Source: Escherichia phage UoN_LG358_1. Taken from it: a stretch of 64,000 nt of DNA. The notes beneath the pieces were generated by a model. It did not search any database, was not told the DNA's origin, and saw only the letters and a program-made list of their open reading frames with translations. The position numbers and the translations under genes were made by a program. The DNA is taken from sequence record OK570374; one strand, written 5' to 3'. Below, piece after piece: positions 1 through 8,789 of this stretch; within the stretch, counting starts at the first letter, position 1; every line of letters starts with the position of its first letter.

Positions 1-595
1 GTTGCTGTTTTAACAAATCTAAACCAAGATATTCGTTACCAGCGCGAGACAGAATTTTTACATCATCTAATTCATCACCACGAACTTCGGCAAACGCCCT
101 TGCGCCATCGGCCTTAAGCTGTGCAAATGCAGGGAATTTAATATTCTTAAGAATATCTTTTTCGTTATAAGACGAAGCAAGCATTTGTGGTTGTTCTGGA
201 ATTAATCCAGCCCAAACTTTATTTGCAATAGAACGGGATGCACCACAACGAAGGTCACGAAGAAGAACCTTTTTCAATACTTCGCGGTCAGATTCATTCA
301 TTCGTTGTAATGTAGAAGCTAATTTGTCTAAAGCTGCATTTCCAGTTATTTTACGAGTAGCGAACAAATTCTCTAAAACATCTAAAGCAGAATTCAAAGA
401 AAATTGAGTTGCATTAGGCAGATAGCAATCTGGATTATTCCACTTCTTGATGTAATATTGAAGTTTTCCGTCATAAGTCATTCGAAATACGCGCTTTAAA
501 ACTTCATTATCTTTATTGCGACGAATGATTGCTTCTTTTTCTTTGGTAGAACCTATGGCTGCAATTTCATTAATAATATCTAAAATCATATTCAT
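1..595 (-). CDS. 30: DNA ligase (gp30), N-terminal ~198 codons; gene continues past window start
   Basis: - strand translation from ATG at 595 (MNMILDIINEIAAIGSTKEKEAI...FPAFAQLKADGARAFAEVRGDELDD) matches the T4 DNA ligase N-terminus as recalled; position next to rIII/31 region. Confidence 0.85.
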   Translation of the reverse strand, partial: MNMILDIINEIAAIGSTKEKEAIIRRNKDNEVLKRVFRMTYDGKLQYYIKKWNNPDCYLPNATQFSLNSALDVLENLFATRKITGNAALDKLASTLQRMNESDREVLKKVLLRDLRCGASRSIANKVWAGLIPEQPQMLASSYNEKDILKNIKFPAFAQLKADGARAFAEVRGDELDDVKILSRAGNEYLGLDLLKQQ

Positions 596-646
596 CTTCT
601 CTGTTTATAAGGATACAACTATTTTATCATATCCAGATTAAAGCTT

Positions 647-1267
647 TTAAATATTCACGTCATGCCAGCTTTTGACGTAATTGCACTCTAATTTAGGTTC
701 ATGGTTCCTTTCACCGCGAGGCATGTAAAACACCTTCGCTCGAGAATTATACTGTTTGAACACCGCTGCTGCGGAATCAGTATGTTTGCCCAAGTCATCA
801 ACGTAACAAACGACACGCTCACCATATTTTTCCATTACCTGGGTTAATAGAGCATCCTTAGATGCATTATAATCACATACTAATATTTCTTTAAATGCTC
901 CCGGAAAAAGCGCATTTAAATTAAACTGGCGATTTAGATGAGCATCAACTGAGTTACCTAACGCAGTAACCGCAACGAAATCATAAGTTTTCTTTAATTC
1001 GTTAACAACTTTCAACGCATCTTCATAAACTGATAGATACCGTATAAAATCTGAGTTGTTATATTTTAACAAAAGTTTGGTTGCGAATTCTTCTGAACAA
1101 TTAAAAAGAACTCCAGGAGCAATAAATTTTTCATCAACCATCATTTCAAGAATGTGGTTTAATGGAAGATTATATTTCTGGGCAAAATATGGCAAACCGC
1201 TTTGCCACTTAACCAAAATTCCATCAACGTCAGTAACAATTACTGGCTTTTCTTGTTCCAAAATCAT
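647..1267 (-). CDS. HAD-superfamily hydrolase-like protein (possible nucleotidase)
   Basis: 206 aa ORF; N-terminal VTDVDGIL resembles HAD motif I (DxDG); function inferred only from motif. Confidence 0.5.
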   Translation of the reverse strand: MILEQEKPVIVTDVDGILVKWQSGLPYFAQKYNLPLNHILEMMVDEKFIAPGVLFNCSEEFATKLLLKYNNSDFIRYLSVYEDALKVVNELKKTYDFVAVTALGNSVDAHLNRQFNLNALFPGAFKEILVCDYNASKDALLTQVMEKYGERVVCYVDDLGKHTDSAAAVFKQYNSRAKVFYMPRGERNHEPKLECNYVKSWHDVNI

Positions 1268-1461
1268 ACAAGTTCTCTTAACATTGTAATAGGAGAAAGT
1301 TCTTGTTCCATGTGCACAGACCGATTTCCGTCAACCCAATCAATTTCATATGCAGCTAAAACACCGTACTTAGCAATAGGTTTAATCACATGGCAGATAG
1401 TTCCAGGAATGCCAGATGATTTAAGTTGTACTGTCTGAAGTTCTTTGTATTTTGCTTTCAT
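1264..1461 (-). CDS. hypothetical protein (65 aa)
   Basis: ORF in operon orientation with 4-nt overlaps to neighbours. Confidence 0.4.
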   Translation of the reverse strand: MKAKYKELQTVQLKSSGIPGTICHVIKPIAKYGVLAAYEIDWVDGNRSVHMEQELSPITMLRELV

Positions 1462-1703
1462 ACTTTTTCAACCTTAGCCAAAATAACATCACTCCATATG
1501 CCAAACGGAGGGAGAGCTTCCTTAACTTTGTGGAATTCTGTTGTTTTATCTTCCCAGAACCATAGTTTTATTTCTCTAGTTACTTGGAAAGAATCCAGCC
1601 CCCGACCTGATGGTGAAACATCAATTACATCAAATGTTAACTTGTAAGTTGGATAAAGACGCTTAATTAACTTAGTCAATAATTTCATAATACAACCACC
1701 CAT
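1458..1703 (-). CDS. hypothetical protein (81 aa)
   Basis: ORF in operon orientation. Confidence 0.4.
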   Translation of the reverse strand: MGGCIMKLLTKLIKRLYPTYKLTFDVIDVSPSGRGLDSFQVTREIKLWFWEDKTTEFHKVKEALPPFGIWSDVILAKVEKV

Positions 1704-1884
1704 GACGGAATTTCAAAGAAATCGGGAGCATCAATTTCATACTCAACCGAATGATTGCGCACACGTACTTCAATTACATCAATCATTGGGCAATTAATCA
1801 TACGTTCAAATTTGGCAGCTACAGATTTAGCAACAGATACAATCATTTTAAATTCCTCAAGTGTTGGGCCCGAAGGCCCTTTAA

Positions 1885-2244
1885 TTAAAATTCAATTTCG
1901 TTAGCAACAACATCCCAAAGTGCTTCAAGTTGTTCTTCAGTAGCTCTTTTACCAATAGCCCGCCGTAGATAAAGCTTGACCAAAAGAGCCCGATTAGTTT
2001 TCCAAGAAGGATGAGTACTTAAATCGCGCCTGAATATTTCATCATGAAAACCAACCTTTATTTCTGAACCATTGAACTGAACATCTAAAGTTGGACCATT
2101 TTCAAAACTGATGAAAACGTAATTATCTTCCCAGTACATATCAATCTGTGCTACTGTACCGTTGTTATGTTCCCACAATAAAGTGGTAGAAATATCCCAA
2201 TCGTTGTTTTGAACGTATTTACGTCTAAAGTTAGTGAAGTCCAT
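1885..2244 (-). CDS. hypothetical early protein (119 aa)
   Basis: ORF preceded by an early-promoter module. Confidence 0.5.
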   Translation of the reverse strand: MDFTNFRRKYVQNNDWDISTTLLWEHNNGTVAQIDMYWEDNYVFISFENGPTLDVQFNGSEIKVGFHDEIFRRDLSTHPSWKTNRALLVKLYLRRAIGKRATEEQLEALWDVVANEIEF

Positions 2245-2282
2245 GTTATTCTCCGTTATATCTGTTTGTTTATTGAGTTTAT

Positions 2283-2312
2283 ACTATAACACATACAACG
2301 GAGGATGTAAAC
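2283..2312 (-). promoter_or_regulatory. T4-type early promoter (-35 GTTTAC, 18-nt spacer, -10 TATAGT)
   Basis: - strand GTTTAC at 2312..2307 and TATAGT at 2288..2283; member of repeated promoter family. Confidence 0.6.
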
Positions 2313-2314
2313 GG

Positions 2315-2803
2315 TTAGACAAAACTTATTTTGACAGTTTTCTTAGCTTCTAGCTTAAGCTCTGTGATAAAAACACGATAATTATCACTTGGTGCCATAC
2401 GTAGTTCTTCTGCAATTTTCTTGGCTTTTTCTAAAGTAAAGAGGTTCTTTTCATTTTCTTTAAAAACGACTGCACTTCCACATTCAAGAGAGCGAACAAC
2501 CATGAATGTTTCAGGTCCTTCAGTCTCAGATTTAAACTCAATTTTTCCTTGATATACTTCATCAAAATCAAACAGGTTCCAGCCATTCCACTGCGAACCA
2601 CAATCTGCACCATCATAACGACCGCGAAATTGAGCGTCCAAAAATTCTACTTCAGTGATACACTTTCCACCAACGGATACTTTAGTGGCTTTAAGCCAAG
2701 CATTTCCGAACAAACATTTGATTTTGGCGTCAAATGAGTTCAAATCGACATCCCATTTATCAGTCATACGGAATACATCACCAACTTCAAAACATGTTTT
2801 CAT
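2315..2803 (-). CDS. hypothetical early protein (162 aa)
   Basis: ORF preceded by early-promoter module at 2853-2882. Confidence 0.5.
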   Translation of the reverse strand: MKTCFEVGDVFRMTDKWDVDLNSFDAKIKCLFGNAWLKATKVSVGGKCITEVEFLDAQFRGRYDGADCGSQWNGWNLFDFDEVYQGKIEFKSETEGPETFMVVRSLECGSAVVFKENEKNLFTLEKAKKIAEELRMAPSDNYRVFITELKLEAKKTVKISFV

Positions 2804-2852
2804 AATTTCCTCATTAAATTTAAACTAAGGCGGTATTGGTTATTGAGTTTAT

Positions 2853-2882
2853 ACTATAACACACTTTTATGCTGATGTAAAC
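2853..2882 (-). promoter_or_regulatory. T4-type early promoter (GTTTAC-N18-TATAGT)
   Basis: - strand GTTTAC at 2882..2877, TATAGT at 2858..2853. Confidence 0.6.
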
Positions 2883-2894
2883 GGCAGACTTTAG

Positions 2895-2924
2895 AAACAA
2901 AAAAGGGACTCCCGAAGGAGTCCC
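2895..2924 (-). terminator. intrinsic terminator (GGGACUCC-UUCG-GGAGUCCC + U-run on - strand)
   Basis: perfect 8-bp GC-rich stem with UUCG loop followed by U-tract in - strand sense, just downstream of small basic ORF. Confidence 0.6.
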
Positions 2925-2934
2925 TAACATTGCT

Positions 2935-3114
2935 TTATGCTTTCTTACGCGGATTACCAAAAGCAGCATCATGAGCAAGAACTTTACGAGCACGAGATGC
3001 TAGCTGGTCAGCCAATGGATTGATACGAGAGTTAGACCCACGCTTGTAGCCAGCGCGTTTAGAGGTACCAACAACTTCTTTTACTGCGGTTTTTGCTTTA
3101 GATTGCTTAGCCAT
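2935..3114 (-). CDS. small basic protein (59 aa, Lys/Arg-rich)
   Basis: ORF below the 60-aa cutoff of the track, found by reading the - strand: MAKQSKAKTAVKEVVGTSKRAGYKRGSNSRINPLADQLASRARKVLAHDAAFGNPRKKA; own terminator. Confidence 0.45.
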   Translation of the reverse strand: MAKQSKAKTAVKEVVGTSKRAGYKRGSNSRINPLADQLASRARKVLAHDAAFGNPRKKA

Positions 3115-3267
3115 TTTAATATTCCATATTCGGAGTAATACAACGAACTGGTCTTATTGACATTGCCAGTTCTCAAGCCCTCGAAGGGTACTTAGCACTT
3201 TGGTAGCTTACACCCAAGGTTTTGAATTGTTAACGTGGTGATAACCTTGAACGTCCACATCATACAG

Positions 3268-3516
3268 TTACTTCAAAGTAACCACAAAATGACGAACTGC
3301 CTTACGAGCTGAACTGCATAAGCCTTTAGCGAATTTTAATTCGTCTTTTAAAAGAAGAGCATCACGAAAATCAGCTTGCACTGGATTAAGGTGTTTAAAC
3401 CCTTTCAGTACTTCAAGAGCTTCGGCCAATACATCAATTGATGCGCCGTAGTTTTCATGACCTGCATTCCAGGCAGTGCGTTGCAGAGAAAGAGCGTGTT
3501 CAAGTTGTTTGTTCAT
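3268..3516 (-). CDS. rIII-like protein (82 aa), positional assignment
   Basis: 82 aa ORF next to gene 31 where T4 carries rIII; same length as I recall for rIII; sequence identity not verified. Confidence 0.4.
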   Translation of the reverse strand: MNKQLEHALSLQRTAWNAGHENYGASIDVLAEALEVLKGFKHLNPVQADFRDALLLKDELKFAKGLCSSARKAVRHFVVTLK

Positions 3517-3617
3517 TTAAAAAGCCTCAAATGAGGTGAATAAAAGGAAGGCGGTATAAGAAGTTTAATCCCTGCGCCTTCCACCATGTAATCAGAAAGA
3601 TTACAATAATATTTATA

Positions 3618-3941
3618 TCACTTATAAACGCACGCTAACGATTTATAATGACAAGTAACAAATTTTTGTTTAATTTCTTTAGGCTGCTTAATGCCTAACG
3701 CAACCAATGGATGAGTTACATTGCGAATATTACCAACTGGTAGCGGAGTTAAATCACCAACTTCTACGAAGCCAGCGGGTACATCAGCACCAATTGAATA
3801 TACTTCACACATTTCAGGAAGTTGGCCCTGAATTTCTTTACCCAAGAAAATACCCGAATCTGAAATTTTTTCATCACCAGATTGTGCTGGTTCTGATACC
3901 AAAATAACAAATTCGCCTAGAGCTTTAATAGGAAGTTCCAT
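3618..3941 (-). CDS. 31: co-chaperonin GroES homologue gp31
   Basis: 107 aa; ...[18 protein letters not shown]...[39 protein letters not shown] closely matches recalled T4 gp31. Confidence 0.85.
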   Translation of the reverse strand: MELPIKALGEFVILVSEPAQSGDEKISDSGIFLGKEIQGQLPEMCEVYSIGADVPAGFVEVGDLTPLPVGNIRNVTHPLVALGIKQPKEIKQKFVTCHYKSLACVYK

Positions 3942-4002
3942 TCTTACAGTTTACCTTGCTTGTTAACATGAATTAATAATAACACGAATTTCTTAAAGCA
4001 AA

Positions 4003-4314
4003 TTACTGAGTAACCAATTGGACCAAATGTTCAGCCTTTACGCCATTAACAGAAATTAGTTTATCAAAACTAAAGGCGCGCCAACCTTCACTTTCCGTGT
4101 CATAAACTGGAAGCATATCAACAGCTTCTTTTCGTTTAACTTGAGATTCTTTGACTAATTCAAAATCACTAGGAAGAATATCTCGGTCACGAGTGCAACG
4201 CATTGAACGAATGGTTCCGTCTGCTTTTTCAAAAACCACCTGAGATTCGCCATTACTCAACACGGCTTTCAGAGTTTCACGAAGTTGTACTTTTTGTTCA
4301 GTTGTAAGTTTCAT
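4003..4314 (-). CDS. hypothetical protein (103 aa)
   Basis: ORF in operon orientation. Confidence 0.45.
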   Translation of the reverse strand: MKLTTEQKVQLRETLKAVLSNGESQVVFEKADGTIRSMRCTRDRDILPSDFELVKESQVKRKEAVDMLPVYDTESEGWRAFSFDKLISVNGVKAEHLVQLVTQ

Positions 4315-4318
4315 TTTA

Positions 4319-4552
4319 TTAACCTATAACAGTTTTAATTTTATGTGCGCCACGAACCTTTAATGCTTCATGAAGTTCTTGACAACGTTTAAGCCGCTCT
4401 TCAATTTTGGCTTTATTATCGATAGATACATAATCAGTTTGATAAAGTACTTTCCATTTAGAAAAGAAGTTTTTCTTATATTCTACTGAGTATCCAATAT
4501 TAACTTTAGCATAAGAACTCAATCCAGTTATTTGTACTAATCGAGTTTTCAT
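4319..4552 (-). CDS. hypothetical protein (77 aa)
   Basis: ORF overlapping cd stop by 4 nt. Confidence 0.4.
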   Translation of the reverse strand: MKTRLVQITGLSSYAKVNIGYSVEYKKNFFSKWKVLYQTDYVSIDNKAKIEERLKRCQELHEALKVRGAHKIKTVIG

Positions 4553-5115
4553 TCTTCAATTCCGCAGTATTCATTAATATTATGCCAGTTCAATTTACCG
4601 AGGCTTTTCTTGGGAACATTGAACACCTCTATACCAGCTGACTTCAAGATATTATCCCAGCCGGGTTCATTTTTATCGTAAGTTTCGCAATAAACTAATG
4701 TTTTAATTCCAGATTGAGCGATAGCTTTTGCACAGTCTGGACATGGAGAAAGAGTTACGTACATTGTAGCTCCTTCAATTGATGAACCATTACGAGCAGC
4801 GAACAAAATAGCATTTAATTCTGCATGAATTTCATTCACTTTTGACCAAGCGCTATGAGCTGCTCTATGTTTGCTAGATAAACCAACTCTCGTAGGTTTC
4901 CATGCATCTTGACGCTGGCCTGACCATTTTTCTGTGATTAACCAACCTTGGTCATCTGCGTGGTCGCAACAGTTAACTCCTCCTGCCGGAGAACCATTAT
5001 ATCCGGTAGAAATAATGCGACCATTTTTCTCAATAACTGCTCCTACTTTCCAAGAGCAACATTTCGATTCCTGAGAAACTAAGTAAGCAATTTGGAGCAC
5101 TGTTGAAGCTTTCAT
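4549..5115 (-). CDS. cd: dCMP deaminase
   Basis: 188 aa; cytidine/dCMP deaminase zinc motifs (H-AE...PCPDCAKAI); synteny with T4 cd. Confidence 0.85.
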   Translation of the reverse strand: MKASTVLQIAYLVSQESKCCSWKVGAVIEKNGRIISTGYNGSPAGGVNCCDHADDQGWLITEKWSGQRQDAWKPTRVGLSSKHRAAHSAWSKVNEIHAELNAILFAARNGSSIEGATMYVTLSPCPDCAKAIAQSGIKTLVYCETYDKNEPGWDNILKSAGIEVFNVPKKSLGKLNWHNINEYCGIEE

Positions 5116-5459
5116 TATTTTATCACCAAATAAGTTGAACGATGTGTTTTGACAAGACTTATTTCACTAAACAGTTTTTCAACTGAAAGTACTGTCCCAA
5201 TAATTATATAACAGCCATCTTTAAAGCGTTCTTTCTTATCTAATAACACATCGCCTGCAAATCTTTTACCTACTTCAATTTCTTCAGTAACCCAAGGAAC
5301 ATCTCCGAGCAGCACAGCATCGTATGTTGACGGGTCTATTGAATTAAAGCACCGGTCAAAATGCAAAAGAGTTTTTATTTCTTGGACGCCGTCTTCAGAC
5401 AAGTAAGGGCGATATTCAGTTTCACGAATTCTTTTAATAGCTTCAACTAGTGTAATCAT
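5115..5459 (-). CDS. hypothetical protein (114 aa)
   Basis: ORF, start/stop overlap with neighbours. Confidence 0.45.
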   Translation of the reverse strand: MITLVEAIKRIRETEYRPYLSEDGVQEIKTLLHFDRCFNSIDPSTYDAVLLGDVPWVTEEIEVGKRFAGDVLLDKKERFKDGCYIIIGTVLSVEKLFSEISLVKTHRSTYLVIK

Positions 5460-5692
5460 AAATTTCCTAAAATATTTGTCATGGTAACTGAACCATCACG
5501 ATTTAACTTTAACCCGGTGTGTTGAGATTTAAATCCTTGCTCAACTGAAATAATAACACCATTAGTTAACGGGTCATTTCGCATAGTAACTGAACCTCCA
5601 GGAATTTTGTTAGCAACCTGCTGCGCAAATTTTTTAGCAAGTTCTGTAAATTCAGTTCGACTAAATGTTTTATCTGATGTCATTATTCCCAC
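5456..5692 (-). CDS. hypothetical protein (78 aa)
   Basis: ORF in operon orientation. Confidence 0.4.
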   Translation of the reverse strand: MGIMTSDKTFSRTEFTELAKKFAQQVANKIPGGSVTMRNDPLTNGVIISVEQGFKSQHTGLKLNRDGSVTMTNILGNL

Positions 5693-5979
5693 CCATACAC
5701 TATTTTGAAACTAATAAAATCTTCATTAGAACTATTAAAATCATCATTATCGCATGGATAAACAATGAAGTCAAACGTATAAGAATATGAGTCGTATGAA
5801 GTTATGATACTATACTTTATATCTTTCCATAGAACACCAAAAATCGACTTGATATCAGCATCCATACGTAAGTACAGTGCATTACTTGGGCCTTGGTTAA
5901 TATAATTATCCATCACGTAAGAAATAATTTCTTTAGCAATGCCAGTATATGACAGACTACTATTTGCTCTTACTTTCAT
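5683..5979 (-). CDS. hypothetical protein (98 aa)
   Basis: ORF in operon orientation. Confidence 0.4.
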   Translation of the reverse strand: MKVRANSSLSYTGIAKEIISYVMDNYINQGPSNALYLRMDADIKSIFGVLWKDIKYSIITSYDSYSYTFDFIVYPCDNDDFNSSNEDFISFKIVYGWE

Positions 5980-6194
5980 TAGTGCACCGTATGTACGTTG
6001 ACTTTAACTACGAATTGAGTTACAACTTCTCCAATAGGATTAAACTCAACATGATACTCGCCCTTATAGCGAGAATTTAAATCTGTTCGAATTTGGGCAA
6101 GCTTATTGATAAGCGCTGGTGTCATACTCATACCTACGCATTGCTGTAAAAGCTTGTATGCTTCTTCTTCAACTTCATGATGTTTGTTATACAT
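5979..6194 (-). CDS. hypothetical protein (71 aa)
   Basis: ORF in operon orientation. Confidence 0.4.
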   Translation of the reverse strand: MYNKHHEVEEEAYKLLQQCVGMSMTPALINKLAQIRTDLNSRYKGEYHVEFNPIGEVVTQFVVKVNVHTVH

Positions 6195-6402
6195 TATATT
6201 CTTCCAAATATTCTAGCACAATTTCAACGGATTTAAAAATCCCGCCACCAATGAGTTCTTCATTGTCATAGTCCATTATGTCTAAACCAATAGTTCCATC
6301 GTTTAAACAATATGCACAAAACAGATATTCTTGTTTCTTTTCAATTTCTGTAATTAAATCAAAAATCTCTTTAAGATTATTCATAAGTCGTAGGTTTTCC
6401 AT
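6187..6402 (-). CDS. hypothetical protein (71 aa)
   Basis: ORF in operon orientation. Confidence 0.4.
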   Translation of the reverse strand: MENLRLMNNLKEIFDLITEIEKKQEYLFCAYCLNDGTIGLDIMDYDNEELIGGGIFKSVEIVLEYLEEYNV

Positions 6403-6584
6403 GGTAGAGGGATTTTAGTTTTCTTAACAGTTAACTCAATACCGGGATTTAATTTTCTCAACCTAAGACATTCATCCCATGCTTTAATTTCACTGGAAAA
6501 TGAATAAAACATACCATCTACAGTAACAATACGTTTTTCATTATTCATATTAACAATAGCCCAGATTTCATGATGAGTTGCCAT
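6381..6584 (-). CDS. hypothetical protein (67 aa)
   Basis: ORF in operon orientation. Confidence 0.4.
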   Translation of the reverse strand: MATHHEIWAIVNMNNEKRIVTVDGMFYSFSSEIKAWDECLRLRKLNPGIELTVKKTKIPLPWKTYDL

Positions 6585-7474
6585 TAAAAATCTCCAAAGT
6601 TAACTTGCCAGCATTCGACGCCAATACGTCGCCACATTTCTACCACTTGAGACCTGTCATCAACGGCAAGAACTACATTATACTTATCAGCAATATGGGT
6701 CCAAAAGATTTCTTCTTTAACTACATCATCTTTGCGAGAATCACCTTGTGCCCGCTGAAAATGGTCTTCTGGAACACAGATATGATTATCCCATAACCAA
6801 TGAAGAGTATGAATACGATACTTTAACGGTTCATCTTTAGTTCCAGATTCTCTACCAGATACAGTTATGATTTTATATCCTTTATCTGAAAGCATTTTAA
6901 GAAAATTAACAACCATTTCCCTAGGAGTATCTTCCCTAAGTTTTTCTAAGTCGAAAGGAGAACGACGGCTGTTATCTGCAAGTGTTCCGTCAAGGTCAAA
7001 GATAACTGCCTTTGGTTTAGACAAATCCGGAACGTACATTTTCTCAACTTCCATCAACTGATAGAAATGACGCAGAATATCGATTGGAACAGCCTTTTCA
7101 CCACGATACTGGTTACGCTTAAGAAGCTCAGTCCATGGTACACTAAATTTCTTGAACTCAATTTTATATTGTTCTTTAAAACGAAGTTCCCACTTTTCTG
7201 TGGTTTTTGGGTTCAAGTTCGTGTCTGCAATAATGACACCTTTGGTATGCTCCAAATTAAGTAAAGACTCCGCCGACGACATCTGAGCTGTAGTCACAGC
7301 TTTTTCGCGCTGCTTGGAACATTTGTAATTATTCCGCGCATTTAGGCCAAACAATTTCTCACGGAAATCATCTCGGCTTAGAATATACCAACCCTGGTTC
7401 TTTGATACAAACTCATTCGCCCAAGTGCTTTTACCTGAACCGGGGCAACCAACAGTCATAATAATCTTTTTCAT
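6584..7474 (-). CDS. pseT: polynucleotide 5'-kinase/3'-phosphatase
   Basis: 296 aa; N-terminal P-loop GCPGSGKST, HAD-like DxDGT phosphatase motif (VIFDLDGTLA), C-terminal ...RIGVECWQV; matches recalled T4 Pnk. Confidence 0.9.
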   Translation of the reverse strand: MKKIIMTVGCPGSGKSTWANEFVSKNQGWYILSRDDFREKLFGLNARNNYKCSKQREKAVTTAQMSSAESLLNLEHTKGVIIADTNLNPKTTEKWELRFKEQYKIEFKKFSVPWTELLKRNQYRGEKAVPIDILRHFYQLMEVEKMYVPDLSKPKAVIFDLDGTLADNSRRSPFDLEKLREDTPREMVVNFLKMLSDKGYKIITVSGRESGTKDEPLKYRIHTLHWLWDNHICVPEDHFQRAQGDSRKDDVVKEEIFWTHIADKYNVVLAVDDRSQVVEMWRRIGVECWQVNFGDF

Positions 7475-7599
7475 TTTTCACCTAAGAATTATTCAAGAGC
7501 TTCGATTTTATTATCCAAAGGGCCGAAGCCCTTATTTTGTAAAAAGTTTTACTGTATAATACACGGTTACACAAATAATTAAAACAACTAATGGGTCCA

Positions 7600-7890
7600 T
7601 CATTTACACCGCTCTTCATTTAAGTCTTTACGATAATAACATATCGTAGCATTAGCATCTTTTACGTATCTGCTTACATCATTTAACCAAATCCTCATTT
7701 CTTGAGATTCGGCAAAAGGCATTCCAACCCAAGCTTCTCCGTCGATAACTTTAACTTCCCACTTCCCATTCCATGCTGTTATTGGTTCGGGCCATGATGG
7801 ATGGATTAATGGTTTAGGGACAGCCTCTGGCTTGCTAGCACACCCTATTAGTAAAGCCATAGATACTATCAGTAACATGTTCCGAATCAT
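7600..7890 (-). CDS. putative lipoprotein (96 aa)
   Basis: N-terminal signal peptide with lipobox-like LLIGC. Confidence 0.45.
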   Translation of the reverse strand: MIRNMLLIVSMALLIGCASKPEAVPKPLIHPSWPEPITAWNGKWEVKVIDGEAWVGMPFAESQEMRIWLNDVSRYVKDANATICYYRKDLNEERCK

Positions 7891-8234
7891 CTAGTTGATT
7901 CCTGTAAATCTCTGGCAAATGAATTAAAACTCTCGTTGATTTGTTTTTCGACGAGTCTTGGCTTTGCAGCCACCACGTTGCTTTTCTTCGCGTCTTTATG
8001 CATTTTCGCATTAGAAGTTTCCGTGATTAATCTATTTGAACTACGTTTCTCATCTAAAATTTTTATATTTTTAAAATCTTCTTTGAGTTGGTCAATAGAT
8101 TTGGCCTGCTCATCTGCAACTTCTTTTACTGCATGCAAATCTTCTTTTAACCCTTCTACCCGCTGTGAAAGGTAAAAAATAGAACCTGCAACAACAATTC
8201 CAGCTATTGCTAGCGTTTTTATACTTATTTGCAT
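7887..8234 (-). CDS. small membrane protein
   Basis: hydrophobic segment TLAIAGIVVAGSIFYL; start placed at the internal Met to limit overlap with alc; start uncertain. Confidence 0.4.
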   Translation of the reverse strand: MQISIKTLAIAGIVVAGSIFYLSQRVEGLKEDLHAVKEVADEQAKSIDQLKEDFKNIKILDEKRSSNRLITETSNAKMHKDAKKSNVVAAKPRLVEKQINESFNSFARDLQESTR

Positions 8235-8725
8235 AATTTGACAATTACCTCTACAATATCGTCTTGAGATAATCCATTCCATAAGACGTGATTTGGAGCA
8301 TCTGACTGGGACACTTTAAATCCTTGAATTTCATCTGCCATTTCTGACGAATCCATATACGGATTATGAATACCTAAGCGATGCTTACCATAAATTGGGT
8401 CAACCGTTATATAGCATTTACAATCATTAATAAGCACGTTAGGCTGAGTGATATTAATAATCACTTCTGCTCCATATTTTGTAAGCTGATTTTCAAGAAA
8501 ATTTTTCATTTCTTCAACAGCTTCAGGCATCGCTTCTTGGCGAGCCTCTGTAACTTTATTGTTGTACTCTTTTTGCTTTTTGCGCTTTTTCTGATCCGTG
8601 GCGAATGCCTTTCTGAGGTCAGTTAAGTATCCAACCCGCCGGGAACCTTTGAATACCGAGATACCGTCGTGATGAGTACCATACTTTTCTACTAAAGCTT
8701 CGTTAGTGATAAGTTGTAAGTTCAT
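8225..8725 (-). CDS. alc: Alc-like protein (host transcription shutoff), positional
   Basis: 166 aa ORF between pseT and rnlA as in T4; preceded by early promoter; sequence identity not verified. Confidence 0.5.
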   Translation of the reverse strand: MNLQLITNEALVEKYGTHHDGISVFKGSRRVGYLTDLRKAFATDQKKRKKQKEYNNKVTEARQEAMPEAVEEMKNFLENQLTKYGAEVIINITQPNVLINDCKCYITVDPIYGKHRLGIHNPYMDSSEMADEIQGFKVSQSDAPNHVLWNGLSQDDIVEVIVKLCK

Positions 8726-8755
8726 TGTTAATCTCCGTTTAGTTGGTGTAAGAAC

Positions 8756-8785
8756 ATAGTATCATAACAAAACGGAGATGTAAAC
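8756..8785 (-). promoter_or_regulatory. T4-type early promoter (GTTTAC-N18-TACTAT)
   Basis: - strand GTTTAC 8785..8780, TACTAT 8761..8756. Confidence 0.6.
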
Positions 8786-8789
8786 GGTC

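Noticed and set aside
1056-1438. + strand ORFs (77 and 78 aa) overlapping - strand genes
   Set aside because: Antisense shadow ORFs inside well-supported - strand coding regions; no SD or promoter context; the same applies to most + strand track ORFs outside 23347-32806
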